NCBI GenBank assembly: GCA_038061615.1
Contig: JBBTYY010000063.1
Span: 1 to 39,296, forward strand
DNA: 39,296 bases
Direction: 5' to 3'
Source of the DNA: Patescibacteria group bacterium
GTDB lineage: Bacteria > Patescibacteriota > Microgenomatia > Levybacterales > UBA12049
The position numbers and the translations under genes were made by a program. Below, piece after piece: positions 25,935-35,418 of this stretch (its first letter is position 1; every line of letters begins with the position of its first letter). Under the pieces are notes generated by a model, which made no database searches, had not been told where the DNA came from, and saw only the letters and a list, made by a program, of their open reading frames with translations.

Positions 25935-27723
25935 AGATTTTATTGAAATATTTATCAAAAAAGCTTAAGTTAGCTGGGTACCTATTTATTATAAACTCTT
26001 TCTTGTAAATAACGACATATTGTATGCTGTTCTCGTATAATATATTTTTTACTTCATTATAATTTTTACCTAAAAGCACCTTTTGTCTTTGCCCTATTCT
26101 TTTACTTGGATCTCCGCCATATTGATAAATATAATGAGACCTTCCGAGAAAAGTCCTCCTGCCGGATATAGAAAGAGGGTCATAAATATCCCCATTTGTA
26201 AAGATGAGTGAGCTTTTCGGTATTCTTTCCTGAGCCCATCTTGCGAGATTAGATGATCTATAGTCAGGCACTATAGCACGCACGTCATTCTTCACTACAA
26301 GCAAATGGAAAAACCCTGAAATTATTAACAAAAAAACGAAAATAGTGCTCAAGATTTTACTTTCTGTATTTTTTTTGTAAAGCTGAACTAATCCCCACCC
26401 TGTATAAATATTAGCAAGAATTATCCATACATTAAAAAACTTATGATTATCAAAAGCATCACGCGAGAACTTAAAAAGATTTGCAAAGACGAATAATACA
26501 AAAAAGCTTATAAATATTTTCCTTTGCTGCCAATTCGATTTCATAAAACCAAATACTAAAAGAGGAATTGAAATTCCCAAATTCCACATCCAAAATACAA
26601 CGAAATTCTTAACTGAAAAAATATCGTGTGTTATAAAACCCGGATAGAATTCGATCGTATTCAAAGAATTGACTTTAATAGAATAAAATTGAGGAATCGC
26701 CAATAAAAGTGAAATAAACAATATGAGAATCAGCTGTTTTCTCTTGTCTTTCAATAACACAATCATCACAAACAAAACTATATATAAGGAAATTAGCGCT
26801 GGAACATGCCAAAAGGGAAATATCCCTACAATTATTGCGATAAAAAAAATAGATTTTTTATGCAAATTATTCTTTAAAATAAAATAGATGATGAGAAAAA
26901 ACCATAGAAGTGCAAATATTAAATGACGTTGATTAAGATATACATTTATATTCAAGAAGTTTCCTTTTATGACAACTCCCCAAAGCTCTCTCATAAAATA
27001 TTCGTTATGATTATAAAGTCCTACAATAGATAATCCATACTTTTTGAAAACCTGTATGAAAGACAAATCGCTATTAAAAATTATTAGTAGGCTCGACAGA
27101 AGCCCTACGTATCTATTCTTAAAAAGAAGATAGGCAAGTTCATAAATAACGACCAGCAGGAAGAATAAAGACAAGACACTGATGATATTAAACGCAAGAT
27201 CAATTCTCATTCCTAAAAATTCTAGAATTCCCACATAAAAATCGAAGAAATAATGATAAATAAAATTTTTGCCTGCATAAAATGGTACTTCAAATGAGCT
27301 ATTGCCTCCACTTGTCAAAAATCTTGCAAAAGGTATATGTGCACCAAAATCCATATATGTATTCGAGCTTATGAGAAAGCCTTTTGAAGCATTATCGTAA
27401 GAGAAGGATTTGTTAAAGAAATAATATATAAGCCCAATCAGCGGCAGAACTAAACAGTATTTTTTTTTAAATTCGGTTCTCCATATATTTTGTTTAAAAA
27501 TCGAGTAAAAAAATATCGAAATCGACGCACCAAAGTAAACGATAAGAGAAGTTGGAAGATCACGTATCAGCGCTAGCAGTGTGTAGATTAACGTAACTGA
27601 TATTAGTGAACCCAATAAAAAAGCTCCTGCAAATTTTATACCAACTGGTTGTTTTGGAAAAAAGTAATTATTTACTAAAAACCCAATGATAAAAATAGAT
27701 AAAAAAAATAAAACTGCAAGCAT
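25900..27723 (-). CDS. large polytopic membrane protein, candidate GT-C-type enzyme with a C-terminal soluble domain
   Basis: 607 aa and about 14 helices. One loop is rich in aromatic and acidic residues (YMDFGAHIPFARFLTSGGNSSFEVPFYAGKNFIYHYFFDFYVG). The last ~110 aa are hydrophilic. TAATG overlap with the upstream gene. Confidence 0.45.
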   Translation of the reverse strand: MLAVLFFLSIFIIGFLVNNYFFPKQPVGIKFAGAFLLGSLISVTLIYTLLALIRDLPTSLIVYFGASISIFFYSIFKQNIWRTEFKKKYCLVLPLIGLIYYFFNKSFSYDNASKGFLISSNTYMDFGAHIPFARFLTSGGNSSFEVPFYAGKNFIYHYFFDFYVGILEFLGMRIDLAFNIISVLSLFFLLVVIYELAYLLFKNRYVGLLSSLLIIFNSDLSFIQVFKKYGLSIVGLYNHNEYFMRELWGVVIKGNFLNINVYLNQRHLIFALLWFFLIIYFILKNNLHKKSIFFIAIIVGIFPFWHVPALISLYIVLFVMIVLLKDKRKQLILILFISLLLAIPQFYSIKVNSLNTIEFYPGFITHDIFSVKNFVVFWMWNLGISIPLLVFGFMKSNWQQRKIFISFFVLFVFANLFKFSRDAFDNHKFFNVWIILANIYTGWGLVQLYKKNTESKILSTIFVFLLIISGFFHLLVVKNDVRAIVPDYRSSNLARWAQERIPKSSLIFTNGDIYDPLSISGRRTFLGRSHYIYQYGGDPSKRIGQRQKVLLGKNYNEVKNILYENSIQYVVIYKKEFIINRYPANLSFFDKYFNKIYENNQGIIYKI

Positions 27724-28835
27724 TATTTGTTTAATTTAAAGTTCTTTTGGAAAAAGAGGTATATACCTAAAAAAACTGGCGGAATGAATATAGATATTAT
27801 TCTTAAAAACCGATAGATACCAAAGTAACTTCCGGAATACATATATGGAATATAACTAAGCATTAAGCCAAACGTAAGTGCGATGAATAAATAAATCTCT
27901 TTTTTTTTCGCTGGGATTAAAACAAGAAATGTAAATGGCCAAATTACATACCATGGATAAATTTCTTCTCTAAATATTGATAGGAGAAATACAAGCAGCA
28001 TTGAGAAAAAACAATAAAAATATATCCTATCCCAATTTAACTTTCTATTATTAATAGTTTGGAAAGCTGCATAGATAAAAACTGGGATTAAAAATAAAGT
28101 AGCATACTTAATTAGAGCTGACATAAGTAGAAAAATGAATGCTAGGAAAAGTTGCTTCTTTTTTAATAAATAAAATGCTAATAAAGCAAAAAACATCATA
28201 ACAACATCATTATGTCCGCTGACAAATGTTTCAATAATTACAAGAGGATTTGCTGCAAAAAGCAAAATTGAAAAATAGCTATTTGTCAGCTTTCTAATTA
28301 GATATACAATCCCTACATAAAAAACAGAAACAAATATTTTAAAAACAAATACTGATACAAAATAATTTCCGAATGAAATTGCATATGGAATCCCCGATAG
28401 GAATACCCATAACGGTCCATATAGAGCAACTTTATTTGCTGCGCGGGTAAACATTAGAATCGGATCTCCTATGAATTCTATAGGCATTTGAAGATATGGA
28501 TTTTCGTGATAAATAAATAAAACCTTTGATGTACCAATGTAGTTAAAAATATCGTATGAAAGGATTGCGGGATACGATAACAGCATGCCCAAACAGCTAA
28601 CTATTATGATCTTTTTAATATGTGCTGTTTGGACATTTTTTAATAAAATTAAATATGAAGAAAAAAATATTAGTATAAAAATTGCGTAGCTTAATGAAGT
28701 AATTAATCTCAGATCAGTAGATATTCCACTATAAAAATTGCGGAAATAGAGTAAATTAATATCTACGAAAAGATATGAGAAGATAACAAAAATAATAGAA
28801 ACCAAAGCATAAATCGAAGGAAAATATCTAATCAT
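27723..28835 (-). CDS. polytopic membrane protein, GT87/DUF2029/MptB-like GT-C candidate
   Basis: 370 aa. The loop motif LSYDIFNYIGTSKVLFIYHENPY resembles the D(V/I)xxY...G.nPY loop of polyprenyl-phosphate-mannose-dependent mannosyltransferases. Confidence 0.5.
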   Translation of the reverse strand: MIRYFPSIYALVSIIFVIFSYLFVDINLLYFRNFYSGISTDLRLITSLSYAIFILIFFSSYLILLKNVQTAHIKKIIIVSCLGMLLSYPAILSYDIFNYIGTSKVLFIYHENPYLQMPIEFIGDPILMFTRAANKVALYGPLWVFLSGIPYAISFGNYFVSVFVFKIFVSVFYVGIVYLIRKLTNSYFSILLFAANPLVIIETFVSGHNDVVMMFFALLAFYLLKKKQLFLAFIFLLMSALIKYATLFLIPVFIYAAFQTINNRKLNWDRIYFYCFFSMLLVFLLSIFREEIYPWYVIWPFTFLVLIPAKKKEIYLFIALTFGLMLSYIPYMYSGSYFGIYRFLRIISIFIPPVFLGIYLFFQKNFKLNK

Positions 28836-29376
28836 AATTTTTTTTTCTTAAATTTATTGAATTATCTATTTTATCCCAAAGACCTAAATCAGTTGGCATT
28901 TTTTTTTCAGGTGTCCAATGAAACCTTTCCGGAATAATTAATTTCATTTGCTTTAGTTCTTCTACATGCTTTCCTGCCGCTTCTTTTAAGATATTCTTCT
29001 TTTCAGATATATTTTTTCCTTTTTCTGATGCAGATATTAACGCAGGATTTGTTCTTGAAAAGTAAGCATCAGAGCTTAGCAACGCTTGGTATCCCAATAA
29101 ATACTGCTTATATTCAAATAGTGTTTTTGACTCAACTAAATATTTATCAGACATCCTGAGGCTATATTTAAATTGTCCAAAATCTCCAAAATACCAATAT
29201 TTATACAGTTCGTCTTTTACTAAATTTACTCTATAAAAAATACTGCCTGGCATTGCTGAAGGATAAGGAAGTACGTATGAAGACTGCGCCAAGACGATAT
29301 TATTTTGATTTATTAAGAATATGCCTAAAGAAAAAACTAGAATTAATAGTAATTTTAAATTTGTTTTGTGTGCCAT
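28828..29376 (-). CDS. exported/membrane-anchored helical protein, DUF5667-like
   Basis: N-terminal hydrophobic anchor LKLLLILVFSLGIFLI, then YVLPYPSAMPGSIFYRVNLVKDELYKYW, which matches the LPYPG..P....Y..K pattern of DUF5667 as I recall it. The ORF-track start at 29382 is TTG and the first ATG is at 29376. Confidence 0.55.
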   Translation of the reverse strand: MAHKTNLKLLLILVFSLGIFLINQNNIVLAQSSYVLPYPSAMPGSIFYRVNLVKDELYKYWYFGDFGQFKYSLRMSDKYLVESKTLFEYKQYLLGYQALLSSDAYFSRTNPALISASEKGKNISEKKNILKEAAGKHVEELKQMKLIIPERFHWTPEKKMPTDLGLWDKIDNSINLRKKNYD

Positions 29377-30335
29377 TTCCAAGCGCTCTCAACAATAGTT
29401 TTCAAATCCGAATATTTAGGTCTAAAATTCAACTCTTTATTTATTTTAGATGGATCAGCAATCAGTCGGTCTGCATCACCGGAACGTCTATTTTCTTTAT
29501 TTATTTTAAGCTTTTTTCCGCTAACTTCTTCTATCATATCTATTACCTCTTTGTTAGATACTCCTTTTCCTGTCCCAACGTTATAAAAAGATGCTTTGGA
29601 ATTTTTATCAAGCTCTTTAAGAGCAATAATATGTGCCTCTACGAGATCTATGACATGAATATAGTCTCTTATGCAAGTTCCATCAGACGTATCATAATCA
29701 GTGCCATATAAATTGAACTCACTGCCAGAAATTAAGGATTTAATAGCAAGAGGAATAATGTGAGTCTCCGGATCATGATCTTCGCCCATACTTCCGTCTA
29801 AAGCCGCTCCTGATGCATTAAAGTACCTAAGACTTACAAATCCAACTGAGGGATTTGATTTATTTAAAGTTATTAAATACTCTTCTGTTTCAAGTTTTGT
29901 TTTGCCATAAGGGCTTACAGGATTCTTCGGATGATCCTCTGGAATAGGAATTTCAACTGGATTGCCATAAACAGCAGCAGTAGATGAAAAAATTATTTTA
30001 TTTACCTTGCCTAATCCTACAGCAATATCAAAAAGATTTTTTGAACCTACAACATTATTTTCATAATATAAATCTGGGTTTCTTGAAGACTCTTCGACGG
30101 AAATGTAACCCGCAAAGTGCATTATTGCATCGAATGAATCAATTGAAAATAAATTCTCAACATCCGATACGCTTCTTAGATCTCCTTTTATAAATTTAGC
30201 TTGAGGAACTATTGACTCCCTATGTCCTCTTTCTAAATTATCAAAAACAATCACCATATGACCATCTCCAATAAGTCTTTTAGCCGCAAAACTCCCAATA
30301 TAACCTGCTCCACCAGTTACTAAAATTTTCATCAT
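29355..30335 (-). CDS. galE: UDP-glucose (or UDP-GlcNAc) 4-epimerase
   Basis: MKILVTGGAGYIGSF, FDNLERGHRE, SSTAAVYG, YGKTKLETE (YxxxK), LRYFNASGA and CIRDYIHV. 326 aa. ATGA overlap with the upstream GT2. Confidence 0.9.
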   Translation of the reverse strand: MMKILVTGGAGYIGSFAAKRLIGDGHMVIVFDNLERGHRESIVPQAKFIKGDLRSVSDVENLFSIDSFDAIMHFAGYISVEESSRNPDLYYENNVVGSKNLFDIAVGLGKVNKIIFSSTAAVYGNPVEIPIPEDHPKNPVSPYGKTKLETEEYLITLNKSNPSVGFVSLRYFNASGAALDGSMGEDHDPETHIIPLAIKSLISGSEFNLYGTDYDTSDGTCIRDYIHVIDLVEAHIIALKELDKNSKASFYNVGTGKGVSNKEVIDMIEEVSGKKLKINKENRRSGDADRLIADPSKINKELNFRPKYSDLKTIVESAWKWHTKQI

Positions 30336-31117
30336 GTTAAATGCTTAATATATGATACAGGAAATCGTAGTGCAGAAAAAAGTGAAAAAACAAAACCCGG
30401 CCATAAATCCAAAAATCCTTTGTGTCTTATGTAAGTAATTAAGAACCAATGAGAAGGTTTTATCAAGAGGTATACAAAAGCATAAAATATCTTTTCAAAA
30501 ACATTTTTCTCACTCTGCTCTTCTTTAATTTGACTAGCTATAAGATCTGTGTACCTTTGCCATTTTTTGAAATATTCGGAAAAATCTTTATATGGATAAT
30601 GGAGAAGGGCTTCCTTTAAATAACCTGCCTTTCCATCTACGACAGCTTGCTCATGCACATCTTTTTGTGGTAATTTTCCTTTTCCTCTCTTATATAATCT
30701 GAGAGTATAATCCGGATACTGTCCGCCTTTCATAAGAAATCTTCCTAAAAACCAGTTCTTCCTAGGTATCCAATAACCATTAACTTCAGTATTTTGTATC
30801 CTGTATTTAGTATTTAGTATTCTTTTAATTTCTTTTTTTAGCTCGGGGGAGACTATTTCATCAGCGTCAAGTTGAAGAACCCAATCACAAGTCGCAAGAT
30901 CAATTGCCATTTGTTTATTGATATGGAAGTTTCTCTTATTTGTAGTAATCTTTACTTTCGCTCCATATTTTTTCGCAATTTGGACTGTCGCGTCTACTGA
31001 TGTACCATCCACTGTCACAATCTCATCTGCTAAATCTTTGATGCTTTCTAGACACGCGGATAACTTTTTCTCCTCGTTATAGGTAGCTAAAACCACAGAT
31101 ATTGTTTTCCCTGACAT
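30332..31117 (-). CDS. family 2 glycosyltransferase
   Basis: ISVVLATYNEEKKLSACLESI, IVTVDGTSVD and LDADE (DxD). 261 aa. Confidence 0.85.
   Translation of the reverse strand: MSGKTISVVLATYNEEKKLSACLESIKDLADEIVTVDGTSVDATVQIAKKYGAKVKITTNKRNFHINKQMAIDLATCDWVLQLDADEIVSPELKKEIKRILNTKYRIQNTEVNGYWIPRKNWFLGRFLMKGGQYPDYTLRLYKRGKGKLPQKDVHEQAVVDGKAGYLKEALLHYPYKDFSEYFKKWQRYTDLIASQIKEEQSEKNVFEKIFYAFVYLLIKPSHWFLITYIRHKGFLDLWPGFVFSLFSALRFPVSYIKHLT
30789..30823. repeat. five tandem degenerate heptamers GTATNNN inside GT2 CDS 30332..31117
   Basis: gtatttt gtatcct gtattta gtattta gtattct. Confidence 0.8.
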
Positions 31118-31220
31118 GCCTATTCATAATAACAACTAAACTTCCTTTTTACAAACCTAGAAATACACTTTATTACCTAAAGATCTAAAGTTAATAGTAT
31201 AAAAATATCCTTCAAAGTAA

Positions 31221-31226
31221 TAGAAT
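31221..31226 (+). promoter_or_regulatory. -10-like TAGAAT, 6 nt upstream of the ATG at 31233
   Basis: tagaat sits in the divergent intergenic region 31118..31232. Confidence 0.25.
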
Positions 31227-31232
31227 AAAGAA

Positions 31233-32462
31233 ATGGATGTTTCCTCACCTATAAAACGCCATGGTAGATTAATAATCTTTATCCTACTGCTTATCTTTTG
31301 CCTCTACTCAACTTTTCTTTATTTAACGGTTGGACAAAGAGGATATGATAAAGTCCTATCTCAGCTTGCTGCGCAATTTATGCAAGGAAATCTAAGTCTT
31401 TCAATTTATAATTTACCGGTAAGAGATATCTCAAACTATTACAACAATTTTTATGTATACTTCGGTCCGCTCGCATCAATATTGCTAATTCCTGGAGTAT
31501 TTTTTCAGGGAGACAATTTCCCTCAAGTAACTATTGGAGTCGGATCAATGATTATATCTTTTTTTGCAGTATATTTCATTTCGAAAAAATTTAAATTCGA
31601 TCGTCTTGACAGCCTATGGCTTGGTTTATTTTTTGTTTTTTCAACTGTTTTATTTAGCTCAAGCGTGATTAACATAACTGCTTATCAGGTTGAAGCTCTC
31701 GGAGTCCCTCTAATCTTGTTGGCAATTTGGGCTTATCTCTATAAGAAAAACGGCTTACTGATCGGCATATTCATTGGACTTGCCACTATGACAAGAATTA
31801 CTTTAGTATTGAGTGTTATTTTTTTCTTTTTGGAATTAATAAGAAAAAGAATCTCGATAAAACAGTTCACGCTAATTTTAATCCCAATTATTATAGCTAT
31901 ATCGTTCTTAGGCTTGTATAACTCTCGGCGTTTTCATTCGATTTTTGAGACAGGTTATAGCTACAATATTTCGATAAAAGACTTACCGATTGGGGATAAT
32001 TTTAAATACGGTCAAAGTAATATAATTCATGTTCCGGCAAATCTGTATAGCTTTTTATTAATGTCTCCAGAACCATTACTTAAAGATAAAAACGATGGAT
32101 TTACCCTTAAATTTCCATTTATAAAAATGAGTCCATGGGGCGCTGCAATTTGGTTTACCTCTCCATTATTCCTACTACTTCTAACAAGATTTAGGAATGG
32201 AAAATTTACTATCCCAGCAGGTCTTACGACTTTATTTTTATCAATGCCGGTATTATTGTGGTACAGTATTGGATATGCACAGGTTGGATATCGCTATGCC
32301 CTTGATTTCCTACCCTTTCTATTTTTACTTTTAATCCCTTCTTTATCTCCAAAATTAACGAAAACCGCGATAATGCTTATAATAATTGGCGTTATTTTTA
32401 ATTGTGTTTATACTACAAGTATTTGGGAAATATACCCATTATTTAATATTTATCATAAATAA
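31233..32462 (+). CDS. polytopic membrane protein, candidate GT-C-type glycosyltransferase
   Basis: 409 aa and about 11 helices. The first loop carries acidic residues (QRGYDKVLSQ...VRDISNYYNNFYVYFGP). A conserved-looking motif GYAQVGYRYALDFLPF lies near the C-terminus. Confidence 0.45.
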   Translation: MDVSSPIKRHGRLIIFILLLIFCLYSTFLYLTVGQRGYDKVLSQLAAQFMQGNLSLSIYNLPVRDISNYYNNFYVYFGPLASILLIPGVFFQGDNFPQVTIGVGSMIISFFAVYFISKKFKFDRLDSLWLGLFFVFSTVLFSSSVINITAYQVEALGVPLILLAIWAYLYKKNGLLIGIFIGLATMTRITLVLSVIFFFLELIRKRISIKQFTLILIPIIIAISFLGLYNSRRFHSIFETGYSYNISIKDLPIGDNFKYGQSNIIHVPANLYSFLLMSPEPLLKDKNDGFTLKFPFIKMSPWGAAIWFTSPLFLLLLTRFRNGKFTIPAGLTTLFLSMPVLLWYSIGYAQVGYRYALDFLPFLFLLLIPSLSPKLTKTAIMLIIIGVIFNCVYTTSIWEIYPLFNIYHK

Positions 32463-32492
32463 AAAAACGTAAAGATATTGATTGGTTATTAA

Positions 32493-34142
32493 TTATTTCT
32501 TTGTTTTAATTTTAATAAGATAATACAAGAAGAATCCTCCAGAAATACTTGCCAGTGAAGCAAATGAAATTACATCTGCAAAAAATCTTAATTTTGTTTC
32601 TACATATTTTGCCTCAACAGTATAATGCCCTTCATCTAATGTAAACTTCATAACTCCATTATAATGCTGCGTGTGAAAATCAACATCAACTTGCTTACCG
32701 TTTGCTTTCATTTCCCAACCGGGAAAATAAACAGTATTTTCTCTAAAAATAGTTTTTTTATTAACTACAACTTTATATTTATGATACGTAGATCTTCTTT
32801 CTATATTTTCTACTCGCGCATCCCCATCTACTATTTCGAGATTTGCCTCCGGTCTTTTCTCCATAAACCTTACCGACCATATTGGCGCGCTTTCTCCTGT
32901 ATCTGTTGTACTTTCATAAATACTCGTATAAAAACTTTCCGGTTTTTGCATATATCCTTTTGGCTTCCAATAAGAACTGCTTATTGCAAGAATAATAATT
33001 ATCGATAATATTGTAAGTTTAGCTTTAAATTTATTAGGAACCGCATCTATCAACAATGCCCCTAAGACAGACGTAGAAAAGACAATTATTGCTAAAAATC
33101 TCCACGGAAATTGAAAGTTCTGAAGAAGAATAATTCTTTCCCAGATAGAATTTGAAATTGGAAGCATTAGAAATATTGCAAGAACTAAATACATAAGTAA
33201 TAAAAATAATAAGTATAATTTTTCTTTATTTTTTTTGTACTTTAAGAAAACGAATGGCGACGCAATAATTGCAATCCATTGAAAAAGCCCAAATTGTACC
33301 GTGAATACCCCGGAACCGCCATAATTCCACGGTCCATATAGAAGATCTTTAAAGTTTACAAATCTTCCGATATAACCACCCGCTGTAACTATATTTCTAA
33401 GAGTATATTTCCCTTCCAGAAGTCCCGGTATCCAGAAAAAAGCAGATATTCCAAAACCTATAAGTATTAAGAATAAAGTATTGAGTATTAAGTATTTATT
33501 ATATTTAGATAAGTAAATAAGATAAAAGCAATATGCAATGATAAATGGCATAAACATCAGGCTAATACCATTGTGAGAAAGAATTAGAAATGCAAGAGAA
33601 AAAGATCCAAAAATTGCATCTATAAATCGCTTACGTTTGTAAATTCTGTGAATGTAAAAAAGAACTAATGGAATAAATGTAAATGCGAGGTGCTCACCAA
33701 TATCTCCTCTTACATAAAGCTCGACGAACCGATAGGGTGCATAAGTGTACAGCACTGCTCCGAACAGTGCCGAGAATCTTGAGACAAATTGAGAAAGCCA
33801 AAGATACATAAAGAAAAAAGAGGAAATCATTCCAAGTCCAAAAACAATTTTTACAGAATCCACAAGAGAAAATCCCAAAAAGTGAAAAACTGAAGCAAAA
33901 TAAGAAGGTAAGGGATACAGGAATTCGAGAATTGGATGACCGTATCCCCAATTTAGATTACCTGCCCATCGCGGAATAATATTTCCTTCAGTGAGATTTT
34001 GATAAAAATTAGCAATCCTCGCTACATGATCCTGCCCATCATGAGTGATAGGCAAGCCAGGATTCAATAAAGAAAATACTGGAATAATTGAGAGTATTAT
34101 TATTAATAATATAAACACATTTTTATTAATTATTTTATTCAT
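32493..34142 (-). CDS. polytopic membrane protein, YfhO-like / PTPS-related-type GT-C candidate; paralogue of 24294..25934
   Basis: See 24294..25934. The C-terminal domain contains VYFPGWEMKANGKQV. Confidence 0.6.
   Translation of the reverse strand: MNKIINKNVFILLIIILSIIPVFSLLNPGLPITHDGQDHVARIANFYQNLTEGNIIPRWAGNLNWGYGHPILEFLYPLPSYFASVFHFLGFSLVDSVKIVFGLGMISSFFFMYLWLSQFVSRFSALFGAVLYTYAPYRFVELYVRGDIGEHLAFTFIPLVLFYIHRIYKRKRFIDAIFGSFSLAFLILSHNGISLMFMPFIIAYCFYLIYLSKYNKYLILNTLFLILIGFGISAFFWIPGLLEGKYTLRNIVTAGGYIGRFVNFKDLLYGPWNYGGSGVFTVQFGLFQWIAIIASPFVFLKYKKNKEKLYLLFLLLMYLVLAIFLMLPISNSIWERIILLQNFQFPWRFLAIIVFSTSVLGALLIDAVPNKFKAKLTILSIIIILAISSSYWKPKGYMQKPESFYTSIYESTTDTGESAPIWSVRFMEKRPEANLEIVDGDARVENIERRSTYHKYKVVVNKKTIFRENTVYFPGWEMKANGKQVDVDFHTQHYNGVMKFTLDEGHYTVEAKYVETKLRFFADVISFASLASISGGFFLYYLIKIKTKK
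33464..33498. repeat. five tandem degenerate heptamers GTATTNA inside CDS 32493..34142
   Basis: gtattaa gaataaa gtattga gtattaa gtattta. Confidence 0.75.
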
Positions 34143-35418
34143 AAACTATTATTCCTTTTTGTCTCATTAAATAATAATATAAATAAGATTCCGGAACTCC
34201 CTGCTGAAACCCAATTTGCTTTCCCCGACTGATTGCTTGTAATACGGCCCTTTCTCTGTCGGCTAATCCTGTATCTTTATGAGATAGGAAACTTGTTACA
34301 TTCGTTGTTGCTATATAAATTAATATTATTAAAAGAGCCACTTTGGGAACTATATTCTTAATCATCCAGACTCTGGCAAAAAAATAAGAAATGATAAGAA
34401 GAGCTATAAATCTGTTAATAGAAAAATAATAATCGCTAATCTCTCCGCTATAGGTGGCGAAAACAAACCACGGAACAATAAACCAAAGCAAAACAAGATA
34501 GCAAAAAATTAGTTTTTCTCTTGGAATAGACTTGTATAAATAAAGCAAAAAAAACAAAGGTACTGCTATGAACTTTAAAGGGATTAATTTATCTAAGAAT
34601 GAGTAAGAGTTAAATTGAATTAGACCGTCGCCTGTAAGCTGGACTACTCTTCTTAAATGAAAACCATGGTAGTAAGTGTGAAAATAAGAAGTAAAATTCG
34701 AAGCCGCAGATTTTTGTTGTAGTTGAAAAATAATATTTGGAACCAGCCAAATTAAAAATAAGGGCACAGACAATAAAATATATTTCAAGGTCTCCTTATT
34801 CCTAGGAAAAAAAGGCAACGTCAAAATAATTATGATTGGAAAAAATATTGAAGTGAAATGCACGCTAAGCGAAGCCCCTACCAACAGAGCAAGAACAATT
34901 ATTTTCTTAAAATCTCCTAAGGTTATTCTGTATAAAACGTAAAAAATTATAAAAGAGACAGAGGGAATAAAATTTACATTCCATTGTACCCTATCAAAAA
35001 TAATAGCAGGCAAAAGAAACGTGTTTATAAACACCGCTATTATTGCAACTTCTGCTGAAAATAGTTTTCTTGAAACATAAAATATTACCCAAAAAGTAAA
35101 AATACTAGTTAATCCTGCAAAAATCCCGGAAGCAATAGGATTTAGATTTGTTATCCAATAAATAATAGAAATAAGATAATAATAGAAAGGTCCGAGAAAA
35201 ATTCCACTATTTCCTTTTGCAGCCATTCCAACTAAAGGTAACTTATGGTTTACTATTAAATTCATTGCGGCCCAAGCATTATCAACTTGGTCGTAGCCAA
35301 AAGGACTTTTTCCATTTATATCGTAAAAACGTAGAAGAAGTTCAAATAAAAAAATTGCCAATACTATCAATGGTTTATTATTTTTCAATAATTTCAAATA
35401 TTTTTTAAATTTTTTCAT
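34135..35418 (-). CDS. GT-C membrane glycosyltransferase candidate (ArnT/GT39-like short form)
   Basis: 427 aa. The first-loop acidic motif is PFGYDQVDNAWAAMNLIVNHKLPLVG. About 11 helices and no large soluble domain. Confidence 0.55.
   Translation of the reverse strand: MKKFKKYLKLLKNNKPLIVLAIFLFELLLRFYDINGKSPFGYDQVDNAWAAMNLIVNHKLPLVGMAAKGNSGIFLGPFYYYLISIIYWITNLNPIASGIFAGLTSIFTFWVIFYVSRKLFSAEVAIIAVFINTFLLPAIIFDRVQWNVNFIPSVSFIIFYVLYRITLGDFKKIIVLALLVGASLSVHFTSIFFPIIIILTLPFFPRNKETLKYILLSVPLFLIWLVPNIIFQLQQKSAASNFTSYFHTYYHGFHLRRVVQLTGDGLIQFNSYSFLDKLIPLKFIAVPLFFLLYLYKSIPREKLIFCYLVLLWFIVPWFVFATYSGEISDYYFSINRFIALLIISYFFARVWMIKNIVPKVALLIILIYIATTNVTSFLSHKDTGLADRERAVLQAISRGKQIGFQQGVPESYLYYYLMRQKGIIVYE

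Noticed and set aside
27460-27468. A/T homopolymer tracts of 8-9 nt inside CDS as phase-variation sites (for example 27460-27468, 27900-27908, 28838-28846, 28888-28896, 5365-5373, 10697-10705 and 11779-11787).
   Set aside because: They mostly encode Lys runs (KKK) and are expected at this frequency in very AT-rich coding DNA. Without read-level length heterogeneity they are not evidence of switching.
29253-29711. 152-aa plus-strand ORF antisense to the DUF5667-like gene and galE. Similar antisense ORFs occur at 2134..2367, 2289..2639, 4835..5029, 6721..6936, 10364..10564, 13135..13368, 15377..15610, 15480..15674, 17451..17672, 20979..21257, 24162..24344, 29368..29586, 29984..30193, 32664..33008, 35217..35408, 36143..36415, 36860..37069 and 38843..39058.
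   Set aside because: All of them lie entirely inside strongly supported genes on the opposite strand, or, for 4835..5029, inside the same-strand gene 4309..4968 in another frame. Their translations are low-complexity F/I/L/S/C-rich mirror images with no recognisable motifs. I treat them as shadow ORFs.
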